Positions 37,280 through 46,712 of a DNA stretch of 64,000 bases are shown one piece after another. Origin of the DNA: Myxococcota bacterium (GTDB taxonomy: Bacteria; Myxococcota_A; UBA9160; UBA6930). A model generated the notes under the pieces. The model was not told where the DNA came from and ran no database searches. It was given only the letters and a program-made list of their open reading frames with translations. The stretch is taken from positions 2,368,001-2,432,000 of the forward strand of contig OZ245015.1 of NCBI GenBank assembly GCA_965223705.1. The letters run 5' to 3'. Each line of letters opens with the position of its first letter. Position 1 is the first letter of the stretch. The position numbers and the translations under genes were made by a program.

Positions 37280-38248
37280 CTACCGAATGGCGACGGGGTT
37301 GATCACCATCTGCACGGCGCCCTTGAACCGCGCCTGGCCGAGGACGAACAGGAACTCCCAGGCTTCATCGGCGACGAGCTCCGTGGTGACCATGTTCTCG
37401 AGGATGTAGATCCCGCGCTTGGCGATGAGCTCCTGGTGCACCGGCACGAACTCGCCTTCCTTTTCCGCGGGGTAGGCTTCGGTTCCGATCGTGTCGCCGC
37501 CCACAGCGACCGGATTGTAGGTCGCCAGGTAACGCGCTCCTTCGACCCCGATCCCGGGCCAAGTTTTCACGCTCTCCGCGGGATCGAGCTCTTGCATCTT
37601 CATGTAGCCCGTATGGATCAAGATCACGTCCCCGGATTGGAATGTGATGCCTTGGCGAGCGGCCGCGCCGTCGAGCTCGGCTTTGTTGACGGCCGTTCCG
37701 CCCTTCAGCATCTCGACGCCTCCGCGGGTAACCACCGCGCTCGATCCCTGCGATTTCAGGTAACCGACCATGTCGAGCACGACGCCTCGGGCGACCATCG
37801 GGGGAATGCCCTCGATCCCGAATTTCGTCAGGCCCTGTGCGTGGTAGAAATCCTTCGACGTGAGGCCGTTGTAGAAGTGGTCCCCGATCGCGGCGTGACC
37901 CAGCCCATCGATCTGCGACCCGACGCCCATATGCGTCAGCATCCAGTCATCGAAATAGCGAAAATTGTTGGTGCCGAGTGGCGCGCCGAGCCCGTCCGCC
38001 CCGTCGCTGAAGACGAAGAGTTCGTGGGTACGAGAGCCGGCCGCGGGTGTCTCCCGGCTCGTGACTTGACCGAGGGCGTACCGCTTGCCTTTCGTCACGA
38101 GCTTGACGGCGGAGAGAATGCTCTCCGAGGTGATCTCGTTGACCGATCCCAACGTGTCATCGGCGCCCCACTTCGACGGGAACCAATCTTCGGCAAGAGA
38201 TCCGGACGGGAACAGAACGAGGGCAGCGAGTAAGACAAAGCGGTCCAT
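37280..38248 (-). CDS. Cyclase family (kynurenine formamidase-like) metal hydrolase with signal peptide
   Basis: SKWGADD.LG, GSQIDGLGH, RGVVLD, GDVILIHTG and GIYILEN motifs; AAGGAAG SD; hydrophobic N-terminus. Confidence 0.88.
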   Translation of the reverse strand: MDRFVLLAALVLFPSGSLAEDWFPSKWGADDTLGSVNEITSESILSAVKLVTKGKRYALGQVTSRETPAAGSRTHELFVFSDGADGLGAPLGTNNFRYFDDWMLTHMGVGSQIDGLGHAAIGDHFYNGLTSKDFYHAQGLTKFGIEGIPPMVARGVVLDMVGYLKSQGSSAVVTRGGVEMLKGGTAVNKAELDGAAARQGITFQSGDVILIHTGYMKMQELDPAESVKTWPGIGVEGARYLATYNPVAVGGDTIGTEAYPAEKEGEFVPVHQELIAKRGIYILENMVTTELVADEAWEFLFVLGQARFKGAVQMVINPVAIR

Positions 38249-38437
38249 GGTGGCTTCCTTCCGAGGGTGCGTTGCGTGCCGCATTCTACGGCGGCTCGGG
38301 TCTTCCCGTCTATCCGCTGCTGAGACGGGCTGGCTCGGCGATCGGCAACTTGCTGGCAACTTCTCTCGGTACACGTTCCGGTGACAACTTGGCTAAAGTG
38401 TCGGGGTCAATTCCCCGCTCCCCAAGGAGATTCGAGC

Positions 38438-39526
38438 GTGAGACTTACTCCCCGCCGCGCGTCGCTCGTCGCCGCCCTGTTCCTCTCCGTGCTGTTCCTG
38501 TCCCCGGTCGCTCTGGCCGCCGATCATCGCGATTCTCCGACGATCGCGGGCGATCCCGAAGCCGATATCGCGGACTTCTTCGCTTTCAAGGACCCGAACA
38601 ACCCCGACGACCTCGTCATGATCATGACGGTGAGCCCGTTCTCACAGTCATCCGTCGCGACGTCCTACGCGTTCGACCGTGCTGTCCTCTACCGGTTCAA
38701 CATCGACAACGACGGAGACGCGATCGCCGACGCGGTCGTGGACGTCACGGTCCGTCCGGCACCGGGCCCCGGACAAATCGTGCGCGGCGTCTTTCCGGGA
38801 AGCGTCGTCGTGGAAGGCCCGGTCACGGCGCCGACGATCGGCATCGTCGCGAACCCGCCGGTCGTGACGTCTGACGCCGGGATGCGCATTTTCGCGGGGC
38901 CTCGAGACGATCCGTTCTACTTTGATGCCGCGGGTTTTGAACGCGTCGTAGCCGGGACCGGGAACTTCCTCGCCGGCCGCGACGGGCACGCGGGAATGAA
39001 CGTTCTGGCGATCGCGGTCGCTTTGCCGCTCGACGCCGTCACCAACGGAGCCACGGAACTGCAGCTGTGGGCAGAAACGCATCGTACGTTCGCCACGGTG
39101 CGCCAGCTCGGCTTCCGGGGGAGCATCGAACAACAATTCGGCGCCTTCCAGCGGGTCGATCGCGCCGGCAACCCGGCTCTCGTCCAGTCGTTGCTCTCCG
39201 ATGTCGAACGCGATCTCTACAACATCGGTGATCCCGCCGATGACGCCGCCAATTTCGCTGCACCGATCGAGAGCGCACTGGTAGCGATCGGCACCGAGCA
39301 GGCCGATATCGACTCCCTGCTCGGCATCCTCGTCCCGGATACGCTGAAGCTCGATCTCACGCAAGCGGCGCTGTACCCCAATGGGCGAACTCCCGAAGAC
39401 GATGTCGTCGATACGTTGTTGTCGTTGCTGTTCGACGCGCCGGGGCCGACCTCGGATCTGGTCAATTTCAACGATGCCCCTCCCGAAGGAAGCTTCCCCT
39501 TCCTCGCCGTCCCGCATCAGCCGTAG
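38438..39526 (+). CDS. DUF4331 family secreted protein
   Basis: Signal peptide, then ADHRDSP..DIADFFAF, FAGPRDDPFYFD, DRAGNPA, PNGR..DDVVD and FPFLA.P motifs; AAGGAG SD. Confidence 0.88.
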   Translation: MRLTPRRASLVAALFLSVLFLSPVALAADHRDSPTIAGDPEADIADFFAFKDPNNPDDLVMIMTVSPFSQSSVATSYAFDRAVLYRFNIDNDGDAIADAVVDVTVRPAPGPGQIVRGVFPGSVVVEGPVTAPTIGIVANPPVVTSDAGMRIFAGPRDDPFYFDAAGFERVVAGTGNFLAGRDGHAGMNVLAIAVALPLDAVTNGATELQLWAETHRTFATVRQLGFRGSIEQQFGAFQRVDRAGNPALVQSLLSDVERDLYNIGDPADDAANFAAPIESALVAIGTEQADIDSLLGILVPDTLKLDLTQAALYPNGRTPEDDVVDTLLSLLFDAPGPTSDLVNFNDAPPEGSFPFLAVPHQP

Positions 39527-39549
39527 TACTCGCTGACTGGAGAGCCCCG

Positions 39550-40425
39550 ATGCGCACGCTGCTGGTGAGCGGCGGAAACAGCGGCCTAGGCAAGGACCTC
39601 GCATTGCGCTTCGCGCGCGGTGGCTACCGCGTCTTCGCGGGCGCGCGAGATCTGGCAGGCGCGGAAGAGCTCGTTTCCGAATCGCGACGCGAAAACCTCG
39701 CCGTGGAAGTCGTGCAGCTCGACGTGGACGATCCGGATTCCGTCGAGCGGACGGCCAAAACGGTTCTCGGCGCGACCGACCGGCTCGACGTCCTCGTGAA
39801 CAACGCCGGGATCGGTGTCTTCGGGGTCGCGGAAGAGGTGCGCTTCGAGGAAATCGCCCGAGTGATGGAGACGAACTTCTTCGGAGCCGTGCGTCTGACC
39901 CAGGCCTTTTTGCCGCATTTCCGGGAGGCCGAGAACGGCGTCATCGCGTTCATGTCGTCGTGGATGGGCCGCGTGCCGCTGCCCGGAATGCTCACCTACG
40001 CCTGTTCCAAGGCCGCCCTCGAGACCTTTGCCGAAACACTGGCGCAAGAAGTCCTCCGATTCGGCGTGCGCGTCTATATCCTCGAGCCGGGCTACGCGCG
40101 GACGCCGATGCACCGCAAGGCCCCCCGCTACGAGCTTCCGGAAAACTCCCCCTACGCCGATCTCTACCGGAACTGGCGAGCGCACTGGCGAACCGGGCGA
40201 GACCAGCCCACCGAGCCGGCTGAGGTTTCCGAAGCGTTGTTCGATGCCGTCGAAACCGGGTCGCCGGCCTTGCGTCTGGTCGTGGGGGAGGACTCCGCAC
40301 AGTGGATCGAGGCGCGGAAGCGTCATTCCGACGAAGTATGGCGTGAGGCGGGGCGTCCCCGTGAGCTCGACGCGTTCTTGGCCTGGGCGGAGGAGACTTA
40401 CGGTCCGGGCTTGTTTCGAGGCTAG
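39550..40425 (+). CDS. SDR oxidoreductase (17beta-HSD-like subfamily)
   Basis: SGGNSGLG, VNNAG, YACSKAA and ILEPG motifs. Confidence 0.9.
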   Translation: MRTLLVSGGNSGLGKDLALRFARGGYRVFAGARDLAGAEELVSESRRENLAVEVVQLDVDDPDSVERTAKTVLGATDRLDVLVNNAGIGVFGVAEEVRFEEIARVMETNFFGAVRLTQAFLPHFREAENGVIAFMSSWMGRVPLPGMLTYACSKAALETFAETLAQEVLRFGVRVYILEPGYARTPMHRKAPRYELPENSPYADLYRNWRAHWRTGRDQPTEPAEVSEALFDAVETGSPALRLVVGEDSAQWIEARKRHSDEVWREAGRPRELDAFLAWAEETYGPGLFRG

Positions 40426-40434
40426 ACTCTGGGC

Positions 40435-41790
40435 GTGCAACTCGGTTATTTCACAGAGCGCCCCTACCGGCATCTCGACGAAGACGTGATCCTGCGCAAC
40501 CGCGCATTCTTCGGCATCTCGAACGCGCAGTTCGATCGCGAAGCCGCCGCCGACGACTACAACTACTACCTCGACGAATACTGCTTTGCGGAGGAGCTGG
40601 GCTTCGACGTGCTCGCGCTGAACGAGCATCACGGCAATCCCATTTGCATGGGCAACGTCATGAACGTCGAGGCGTCGATACTCGCGCGGATCACGTCCCG
40701 CGCTCGGATTGCGCTGATCGGGAACCCGTTGCCCGTGATCAAGCACCCGCTGCGAATGGCGGAAGAGCTGGCCACGATCGACCTGATCTCCCGCGGGCGG
40801 TTGATCGCCGGCTGGGTTCGAGGCGCGGGAGCCGAGCAGTTCTTCAACAACGCGAACCCCGCCTACAACCGCGAGATGTTCAACGAAGCGCACGATTTCA
40901 TCGTGCGCGCTTGGACGGAGCCCGGCCCGTGGCGTTACGAGGGCACGCATTTTCACTACCGCCACGTCAATCCGTGGGCGCTTCCCTATCAGAAGCCCCA
41001 CCCGCCCATGTGGATTCCCGGCGTCCTCAGTCCGGAGACGATTCGCTGGGCGGCCGAGCACCGCTACCCCTACATCGGGCTGGGGACGCACCTCCTCGCC
41101 ACGTGCGACATGTGGGACCTCTACGCGGACGTCGCTGCCGAGAACGGCTGGCAGGCCGGCTCAGAGAACTTCGGGTATCTGATGCCGGTGTTCGTGGCGG
41201 ACACCGAAGAGAAAGCACAGGACGTGGGACGCGGCTTCGTTTACGGAGGCGGCCAGAACGCGTTTTCGGCTCCGCAATTCATGATGCCGCCGGGCTACAA
41301 CTCGAAGAACGCCATTCGGCAGCTCGCGAAATCGTCCGCCGCGGGCGGCAGCTGGGTCGGCCTCAGTCGCGACAAACTCGTGGCCCAGGCCGAAGGAGAA
41401 AAGACCCAGAGCACGGATCTCGACGTCGTTCGCGGCAAGCTGCAAGCGGCGTTCGAGCGGGCCCAGCGCCAGTATCAGATCGTGGTCGGGACTCCCGAGT
41501 CCGTCACCGAGCGGCTGCGGCATATCCTCTCCGTGATTCGACCCGGCGCGTTCATCGTCCTGCACATCCAAGGGGCGGCCTCGAACGCGGATCGGATGCG
41601 AAGCGTTCAGCTGCTGGGAGAAGAAGTGATGCCCGCGTTGCGGAGGCACGCGGAGAAGATCGGCCTGATCGACCAATTCGAGCGCGAGCCGGGGTCGGTT
41701 CCCCTGCGGCCCAGTGCCACCCGAGCGCCGGTCATCGACCGGGCGCCCCTTGCCGACATGGGCTTGGCCTCTGGTACCCTAGCGTCATGA
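40435..41790 (+). CDS. LLM class flavin-dependent oxidoreductase (NEHH subfamily)
   Basis: LNEHHG, PLRMAEELATID.ISRGR and PYQKPHPPMWIPG motifs. Confidence 0.9.
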   Translation: MQLGYFTERPYRHLDEDVILRNRAFFGISNAQFDREAAADDYNYYLDEYCFAEELGFDVLALNEHHGNPICMGNVMNVEASILARITSRARIALIGNPLPVIKHPLRMAEELATIDLISRGRLIAGWVRGAGAEQFFNNANPAYNREMFNEAHDFIVRAWTEPGPWRYEGTHFHYRHVNPWALPYQKPHPPMWIPGVLSPETIRWAAEHRYPYIGLGTHLLATCDMWDLYADVAAENGWQAGSENFGYLMPVFVADTEEKAQDVGRGFVYGGGQNAFSAPQFMMPPGYNSKNAIRQLAKSSAAGGSWVGLSRDKLVAQAEGEKTQSTDLDVVRGKLQAAFERAQRQYQIVVGTPESVTERLRHILSVIRPGAFIVLHIQGAASNADRMRSVQLLGEEVMPALRRHAEKIGLIDQFEREPGSVPLRPSATRAPVIDRAPLADMGLASGTLAS

Positions 41791-41912
41791 AAACTCGCTG
41801 CTGCAAGAGCTTCAAGCGCAAGGGGAAGCCCTGCAAGAAGTGCCCGAAGTTCGCGAACGCGACTTCGAAGGACGCGAAGAAGCGGCGGAAATCCAAGAAA
41901 CAAGCGAGCTAG
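41787..41912 (+). CDS. 41-aa Cys/Lys-rich small protein (not called separately by the ORF track)
   Basis: MKTRCCKSFKRKGKPCKKCPKFANATSKDAKKRRKSKKQAS; ATGA overlap with the upstream stop; ends 8 nt before the next GTG; codons mostly end in G/C. Confidence 0.72.
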   Translation: MKTRCCKSFKRKGKPCKKCPKFANATSKDAKKRRKSKKQAS

Positions 41913-41920
41913 GGGGCGCT

Positions 41921-42781
41921 GTGACGGCGATCGGAGTCATCGGATTCCCGACGGACCAAACCATCGACCCCGCCGCCTTGGGTCCGGAGCTCGAAGCGCG
42001 CGGCTTCGAGTCGATCTTCTACGCGGAACATACGCACATCCCGACGAGCCGACGCTCCCCGTTTCCGGTCGGCGGCGAGCTGCCCGAGATGTATTGGCGA
42101 TCCCACGACCAATTCGTGGCGCTCTCCATGGTTGCGGCGGTCACGAAGACGCTCAAGCTCGGCACCGGCATCACACTCGTGCCAGAACACGATCCGATCA
42201 ACCTCGCGAAGCGCGTCGCGTCGCTCGATCGGTTGTCCGGCGGGCGTGTTCTCTTCGGAATCGGCGCGGGCTGGAATGCCGAAGAAATGGAAGATCACGG
42301 CGTCGCCTTCCAAGACCGCTGGAAAGTGACGCGGGAGCGGGTTCTCGCCATGCGCGCGATCTGGACCGAAGACGAGCCCTCGTTCCACGGCGAGTTCGTG
42401 GATCTGCCCCCGATGTGGTGCTGGCCGAAACCGGTTCAGCCGGGCGGCCCGCCGGTCATTCTCGGCGCTTGGTCGAAGTGGACGCCCGCGCGAATCGCCG
42501 AGTATTGCGACGGCTGGATGCCCATCGAGGGCCAGGGCGACATCGAGAGTTCACTGCGGGCGATTCGCGCCGCCTACAAAGACGCCGGTCGCCCCGCCGA
42601 CGGACTCGATGTCACGATGCTCGCGGCCTCGAGCCCCGACCGCGGACCGGATCTACGCCGTCTTGCCCAGTGCGCCGAACAGGGAGTCGGTCGGGTTCTC
42701 CTGCCCATTCCGAACGAGCCGCGCGACGCGGTCCTCAAGGTCCTCGACAGTTATTCGGAAATTCTCGAGCGCTTCCACTAA
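41921..42781 (+). CDS. LLM class F420-dependent oxidoreductase
   Basis: FPTD, GFESIFYAEHTHIPTSR and LAKRVASLDRLSGGR..GWNAEEM motifs. Confidence 0.9.
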   Translation: MTAIGVIGFPTDQTIDPAALGPELEARGFESIFYAEHTHIPTSRRSPFPVGGELPEMYWRSHDQFVALSMVAAVTKTLKLGTGITLVPEHDPINLAKRVASLDRLSGGRVLFGIGAGWNAEEMEDHGVAFQDRWKVTRERVLAMRAIWTEDEPSFHGEFVDLPPMWCWPKPVQPGGPPVILGAWSKWTPARIAEYCDGWMPIEGQGDIESSLRAIRAAYKDAGRPADGLDVTMLAASSPDRGPDLRRLAQCAEQGVGRVLLPIPNEPRDAVLKVLDSYSEILERFH

Positions 42782-44007
42782 GCGCGCTGCCGCTTCTCGA
42801 AATCCTCGACCCATTTGACCACCGAGTAATGCTGGTAGCGCAGGGCCAACTCGTGGTCGTGGAACGTGAACGTCTCGCACAGGCCTTCGGAGATCGCGGT
42901 CTGTATGCGCTCTAGCGTGTTGCAATCTTCGCGTACGGCATCGCGGAGCTCGACGATCGCGTTCTCCTGGCCGAAGCGTTGGGCGGCATTGCTCGCCGGC
43001 TGCAGGTAGCCGTGCATCTGCCACTGCACTTCGCCCGGCCCGAGCGGCCACATCGTGTGGGTGAAGAACATTCCCGGTCCGATGATCAGCACGACGTTTG
43101 GAAAGAAGACGTGGAGATCGAGGGTCCACGCGGGGTGACGCGCCGGATTCACTCCGACGGGAAGGCTCTCGATCTGCGACGCGTCGCTTCCCCCGCTCGT
43201 GACCGGTGGTCCGGCGGCGAACTGCCAGGCCAGACCTTGCACGGGAAAGGGTTTGTAGTCGGGGTTTCCGGCCAGCGTTGCCGTGCGGTGCGGATACTTC
43301 GGGTAGAAGTCGATCAGCCGCCCCGTCGGGTTGTCCGGACCGCAGATCGATTCCGCCACCGACCGTTTGTGCAGGAACGGCACGTGGTAGATCTCCGTAA
43401 AGGAGTCGATCATCAGCTTCCAGTTGGTCTTGATGCGCGCCTGGAACTCGAACTCCGCGTTCCGTTGGCCGAACTGCCAGAAGCCGGCGAGCTCTCGGCC
43501 CTGGGCCCCTAAGTAGTCGGCCAAGGACTGCTCGGGCGCAGGGTTCAGATTGATAAAGATGAACCCCTCCCAGACGTCGGTCGCCACCGGAGGTAGACCG
43601 CGCTTCTCCCGGTCGAGGTCGTAGAAAGCCTTCTGATCCGGAACACCTTGGAGCTCCCCTTCGAGGTTGTACGCCCAGCCGTGGAACGGGCACTGGAACA
43701 GGTTGCAGTTCCCCTTCTCGCGAAGCTCGACGATCGTGCCGCGATGCTGGCAGACATTGTGGAACCCGCGAACCACGCCGTCTTTTCCCCGAGCCAGGAT
43801 GATCGAGAGTGCAAACGTCGGGAGCTCTTGGGTCACGAAGTCGCCGGCTTCGGGAATCCGATCTTCGCGACCCACGCAGAGCCAGGCCTGCCGAAAGATC
43901 GCGGCGAGCTCGCGCTGGTAGAACTCTTCTCTCCAGTACACGTCCGTCGAAACCGGGCCGGTGCCGACTTCGGGATGGCGCTGGGTGAGGCCTGTCGGGC
44001 TCGTCAT
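42778..44007 (-). CDS. Rieske non-haem iron oxygenase alpha subunit 1
   Basis: CQHRG...CPFHGW Rieske ligands; NWK..DSFTEIYHVPFLH and ED mononuclear Fe site; ATGA overlap with upstream small gene. Confidence 0.93.
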   Translation of the reverse strand: MTSPTGLTQRHPEVGTGPVSTDVYWREEFYQRELAAIFRQAWLCVGREDRIPEAGDFVTQELPTFALSIILARGKDGVVRGFHNVCQHRGTIVELREKGNCNLFQCPFHGWAYNLEGELQGVPDQKAFYDLDREKRGLPPVATDVWEGFIFINLNPAPEQSLADYLGAQGRELAGFWQFGQRNAEFEFQARIKTNWKLMIDSFTEIYHVPFLHKRSVAESICGPDNPTGRLIDFYPKYPHRTATLAGNPDYKPFPVQGLAWQFAAGPPVTSGGSDASQIESLPVGVNPARHPAWTLDLHVFFPNVVLIIGPGMFFTHTMWPLGPGEVQWQMHGYLQPASNAAQRFGQENAIVELRDAVREDCNTLERIQTAISEGLCETFTFHDHELALRYQHYSVVKWVEDFEKRQRA

Positions 44008-44366
44008 GACGGCTCCTGAGCTTCTAGATCCGCGAGCGGGACGGTCATTGGAAAGCGCTCGTGAGGCAATCCATCCACCACATTGGGCTGGTCGTACCAC
44101 TCGACGGCGGGACCGACCTCGGCCAAGGACAGGAGTAGCTTGAGCAGGCACTCCCAGGGCGGCGTGAGCTCGCCGAGTTTTCGTTGCGATAGATCCTCGA
44201 GTGCCTTGGGAGCGATGTCGATCATCGCCTCGTAGAAAGCGCGGATCTCTTGGATGGAGCGCGTGTGGCGCGCTGCGGTCCGCTCGCCGCTGCCGCCGAG
44301 TGCCCACACCGCGGCAAACGGCTCGAGGGTTTCGTAACCGGCGGGAAGCTCGAAACCCGCCGTCAC
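44004..44366 (-). CDS. Uncharacterised ~120-aa Rieske-associated protein, paralogue 1
   Basis: Overlaps both neighbours by 4 nt; shares the LP..L..F...W...R...R...FY.A...LL.L...E..PAV..Y.QP.V...ERF pattern with two paralogues. Confidence 0.85.
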   Translation of the reverse strand: MTAGFELPAGYETLEPFAAVWALGGSGERTAARHTRSIQEIRAFYEAMIDIAPKALEDLSQRKLGELTPPWECLLKLLLSLAEVGPAVEWYDQPNVVDGLPHERFPMTVPLADLEAQEPS

Positions 44367-45598
44367 GAGCCGGCGCTCGCTAATCCCTCATCGATCAGAC
44401 GCTTGACGACCGCGTACTGGTGGCGACAGGGAACTTCCATATCGGCGAAATGAATCTCCTTGAGGGATCCCGACATGATTCCGGCTTGGGAGCCTTCACT
44501 CGTCGCGATGTCTTCGCGAAACGCGTCGCGCAGGAGCGCAATCGATTGCTCCTGTGCGATCCGTTGTGACGGCGTCTCCGGCGGCACGAAATAGAGCGAC
44601 GCCTCCCAGCGCGTGGTCGCCGCATCGATCGGCCAGAACTCGTGGATGAAGAAGAAGCCCGCCGACGTGTCGAGTAGCCAGTTCGGGAAGATCGCGTTGA
44701 TGTCGAAGGAGTAGTAGGGATCGTCATCGGGGTTCGTGCCGGGGAGCTTCTTCGCGAGTGCGGCCTCACCTTGACTGAGGGACTCGCCGATCTGCACGGC
44801 GAAACGCTCGGAGGGATGAGGCTCGAAGTCGGGGTTGAACGAAAACGACATCGCGCGGTTCCGCTCGTACAGCTCGAGGTGATACGGGCGGCATCCCGGG
44901 TTGCGCCCGCCCGTGAAGTATTCGCCGATCGTGCCGGCGTGCACGGTCGCAACGTGGTAGCCCTCTTGGAAGGCGTCGAGAAATAGCTTCCAGTTCGCCT
45001 TCAAGGTGGCGCCCCAACGGCCGGCCACAGACATCGACTCGAAGGGGAAGCCTGTGAGCTTCTCGCCGATCTCCGCGAGTTGCTCTTCGAGCGTTTCGCG
45101 GGGTGTCTCGTCGAAGTTCACGAAGATGAAGTCTTTCCACGTCTCGCAGTGGACCGCATCGAGATTCAAGCGGCTCTTGTCGAGCTCGTAGAACTGAGAC
45201 TCCTCGGGGACGTCGCGGATATTTCCCTCGGTGTCGTAGACCCAACCGTGAAAGCGACAGGTGAAGTACTTACAGTTCCCCGCCCCTTCCGCGACGTTCG
45301 TGCCGCGATGCCGGCACACATTGTGGAACGCTCGAATCTCGCCATCTTTGCCGCGCACGACGATGATGCTCTTGCCGAGAATCTCGACCTTCTTGACGAA
45401 GTAGTCGCCCTTGCCCGGGACCTGGTCTGCCCGGCCCACCATGAGCCACAGACGCGAAAAAATGTGGTCGCGCTCGAGCGCGAGATGCTCCGGCGAGACA
45501 AAAGGCGCCACCGATACGGGCCCGGTCCCCAACTCGGGGTAGCGCTCGGCGTTGCGGTGGTCTTTCGACGTGAGATCGAGGGTCTGTGCGGCGCTCAT
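44363..45598 (-). CDS. Rieske non-haem iron oxygenase alpha subunit 2
   Basis: CRHRG...CRFHGW; NWK..DAFQEGYHVATVH and REDI motifs. Confidence 0.93.
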   Translation of the reverse strand: MSAAQTLDLTSKDHRNAERYPELGTGPVSVAPFVSPEHLALERDHIFSRLWLMVGRADQVPGKGDYFVKKVEILGKSIIVVRGKDGEIRAFHNVCRHRGTNVAEGAGNCKYFTCRFHGWVYDTEGNIRDVPEESQFYELDKSRLNLDAVHCETWKDFIFVNFDETPRETLEEQLAEIGEKLTGFPFESMSVAGRWGATLKANWKLFLDAFQEGYHVATVHAGTIGEYFTGGRNPGCRPYHLELYERNRAMSFSFNPDFEPHPSERFAVQIGESLSQGEAALAKKLPGTNPDDDPYYSFDINAIFPNWLLDTSAGFFFIHEFWPIDAATTRWEASLYFVPPETPSQRIAQEQSIALLRDAFREDIATSEGSQAGIMSGSLKEIHFADMEVPCRHQYAVVKRLIDEGLASAGS

Positions 45599-45960
45599 GA
45601 CGGCATTCCTCCATCGACGACGCGGTAGCGCCTCGGCGCGGGAAGGATCTCAAATTTCTCGTAGGCAACCGAGTGCGGGACGTCGGGGGCCTGGTAGTAC
45701 TCGATCGCGGGAGCGATCTCCATCGTCATGAGCGCGAGCTCGAGGAGATTCGCCGCGTCTCGGGGCAGCGCGTCGAGTGTGTGCCGATCGAGTGCCCGGG
45801 CGATCTCCCTCATGCGCGGCATGGTGGCGTCGTAGAAGTCTCGGAGTTTTTCGATGGGTTGACCGACCCGGAAAGCATTGCGCTCCCGCTCGGTGCCGTG
45901 AACCCATTCTGGCACGAACCGTGCCAGCGACTCGAACCCTTCGGGAAGAACCTGACTCAT
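45595..45960 (-). CDS. Uncharacterised ~120-aa Rieske-associated protein, paralogue 2
   Basis: MSQVLPEGFESLARFVPEW...; same pattern as paralogues 1 and 3; ATGA overlap with alpha 2. Confidence 0.85.
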   Translation of the reverse strand: MSQVLPEGFESLARFVPEWVHGTERERNAFRVGQPIEKLRDFYDATMPRMREIARALDRHTLDALPRDAANLLELALMTMEIAPAIEYYQAPDVPHSVAYEKFEILPAPRRYRVVDGGMPS

Positions 45961-45982
45961 CCCCACAATTTACCACCCGGGC

Positions 45983-46303
45983 TTACAGTTCCGGCATCTC
46001 GACATAGAGGTAGCCGTCTTCTCCGACCGTCACCGGGTAGCTCGCCACCGGGGTCACGCAGGGCGCGCCGGTGACCGCGCCCGTCCGGATGTCGAATGTT
46101 CCGTCGTGAAACGGACAGACGATGTCGTTGCCCTCGATGTCGCCTTCGGACAGGAATGCTGCCCCGTGGGTACACACGTCGTCGGTCGCGTAGAACGCCC
46201 CCCCGACCTTGTAGACCGCGACGGGTTCTCGGCCGTCGATCTCGACTTGTTTGACAGAATCGTCCGACAGTTCGCCCGCGGGAATTGTTCGCAGTAGAGC
46301 CAT
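45983..46303 (-). CDS. Rieske-type [2Fe-2S] ferredoxin (dioxygenase ferredoxin subunit)
   Basis: 106 aa; CTHG...CPFHDGTFDIRTG. Confidence 0.93.
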   Translation of the reverse strand: MALLRTIPAGELSDDSVKQVEIDGREPVAVYKVGGAFYATDDVCTHGAAFLSEGDIEGNDIVCPFHDGTFDIRTGAVTGAPCVTPVASYPVTVGEDGYLYVEMPEL

Positions 46304-46314
46304 ACCCGCAACGT

Positions 46315-46324
46315 ATCGTAGAAT
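46315..46324. promoter_or_regulatory. Overlapping back-to-back -10 hexamers (candidate bidirectional promoter)
   Basis: TAGAAT (+, 46319-46324) and TACGAT (-, 46320-46315) in the 47-bp divergent gap. Confidence 0.5.
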
Positions 46325-46350
46325 CACACGAAATCATGCCGAGGAGCCCT

Positions 46351-46701
46351 ATGCCGCGTTCTCTGCCCGAAAAGTTTGCCGAACTCGAGCGCTTCGTCCC
46401 CGAATGGGTGATCGATTCCGAAGCGGATCGATACACCTTCCGCGTGAATCGCACGATCGAGGAGCTCGACGCGTTCTACGGGGCCGTCTTCCCTCGCATC
46501 GACGACCTCGCAAACCACATCGATCAGTATCCGCTCGACGGTATGCCCAGGGACGCCGTCAATCTGCTCCGCCTGGGTCAGATGCTGATGGAGGTCTCTC
46601 CGGCGGTCGGCGTCTACCGACAGCCCGATGTTCCGAACTCGACTCCGTTTGAACGCTTCACGGTGATTTCCCCGCAGGAACCGATCCGCGTCCTCGATTG
46701 A
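46351..46701 (+). CDS. Uncharacterised ~120-aa Rieske-associated protein, paralogue 3
   Basis: GAGGAG SD; MPRSLPEKFAELERFVPEW...EVSPAVGVYRQPDVP..FERF. Confidence 0.85.
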   Translation: MPRSLPEKFAELERFVPEWVIDSEADRYTFRVNRTIEELDAFYGAVFPRIDDLANHIDQYPLDGMPRDAVNLLRLGQMLMEVSPAVGVYRQPDVPNSTPFERFTVISPQEPIRVLD

Positions 46702-46712
46702 TTGGAGAACGA

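Noticed and set aside
41840..41920. ORF-track N-terminal extension of the LLM gene at 41840
   Set aside because: The paralogues begin at the position equivalent to GTG 41921, and the region is better explained by the 41-aa Cys/Lys ORF in another frame.
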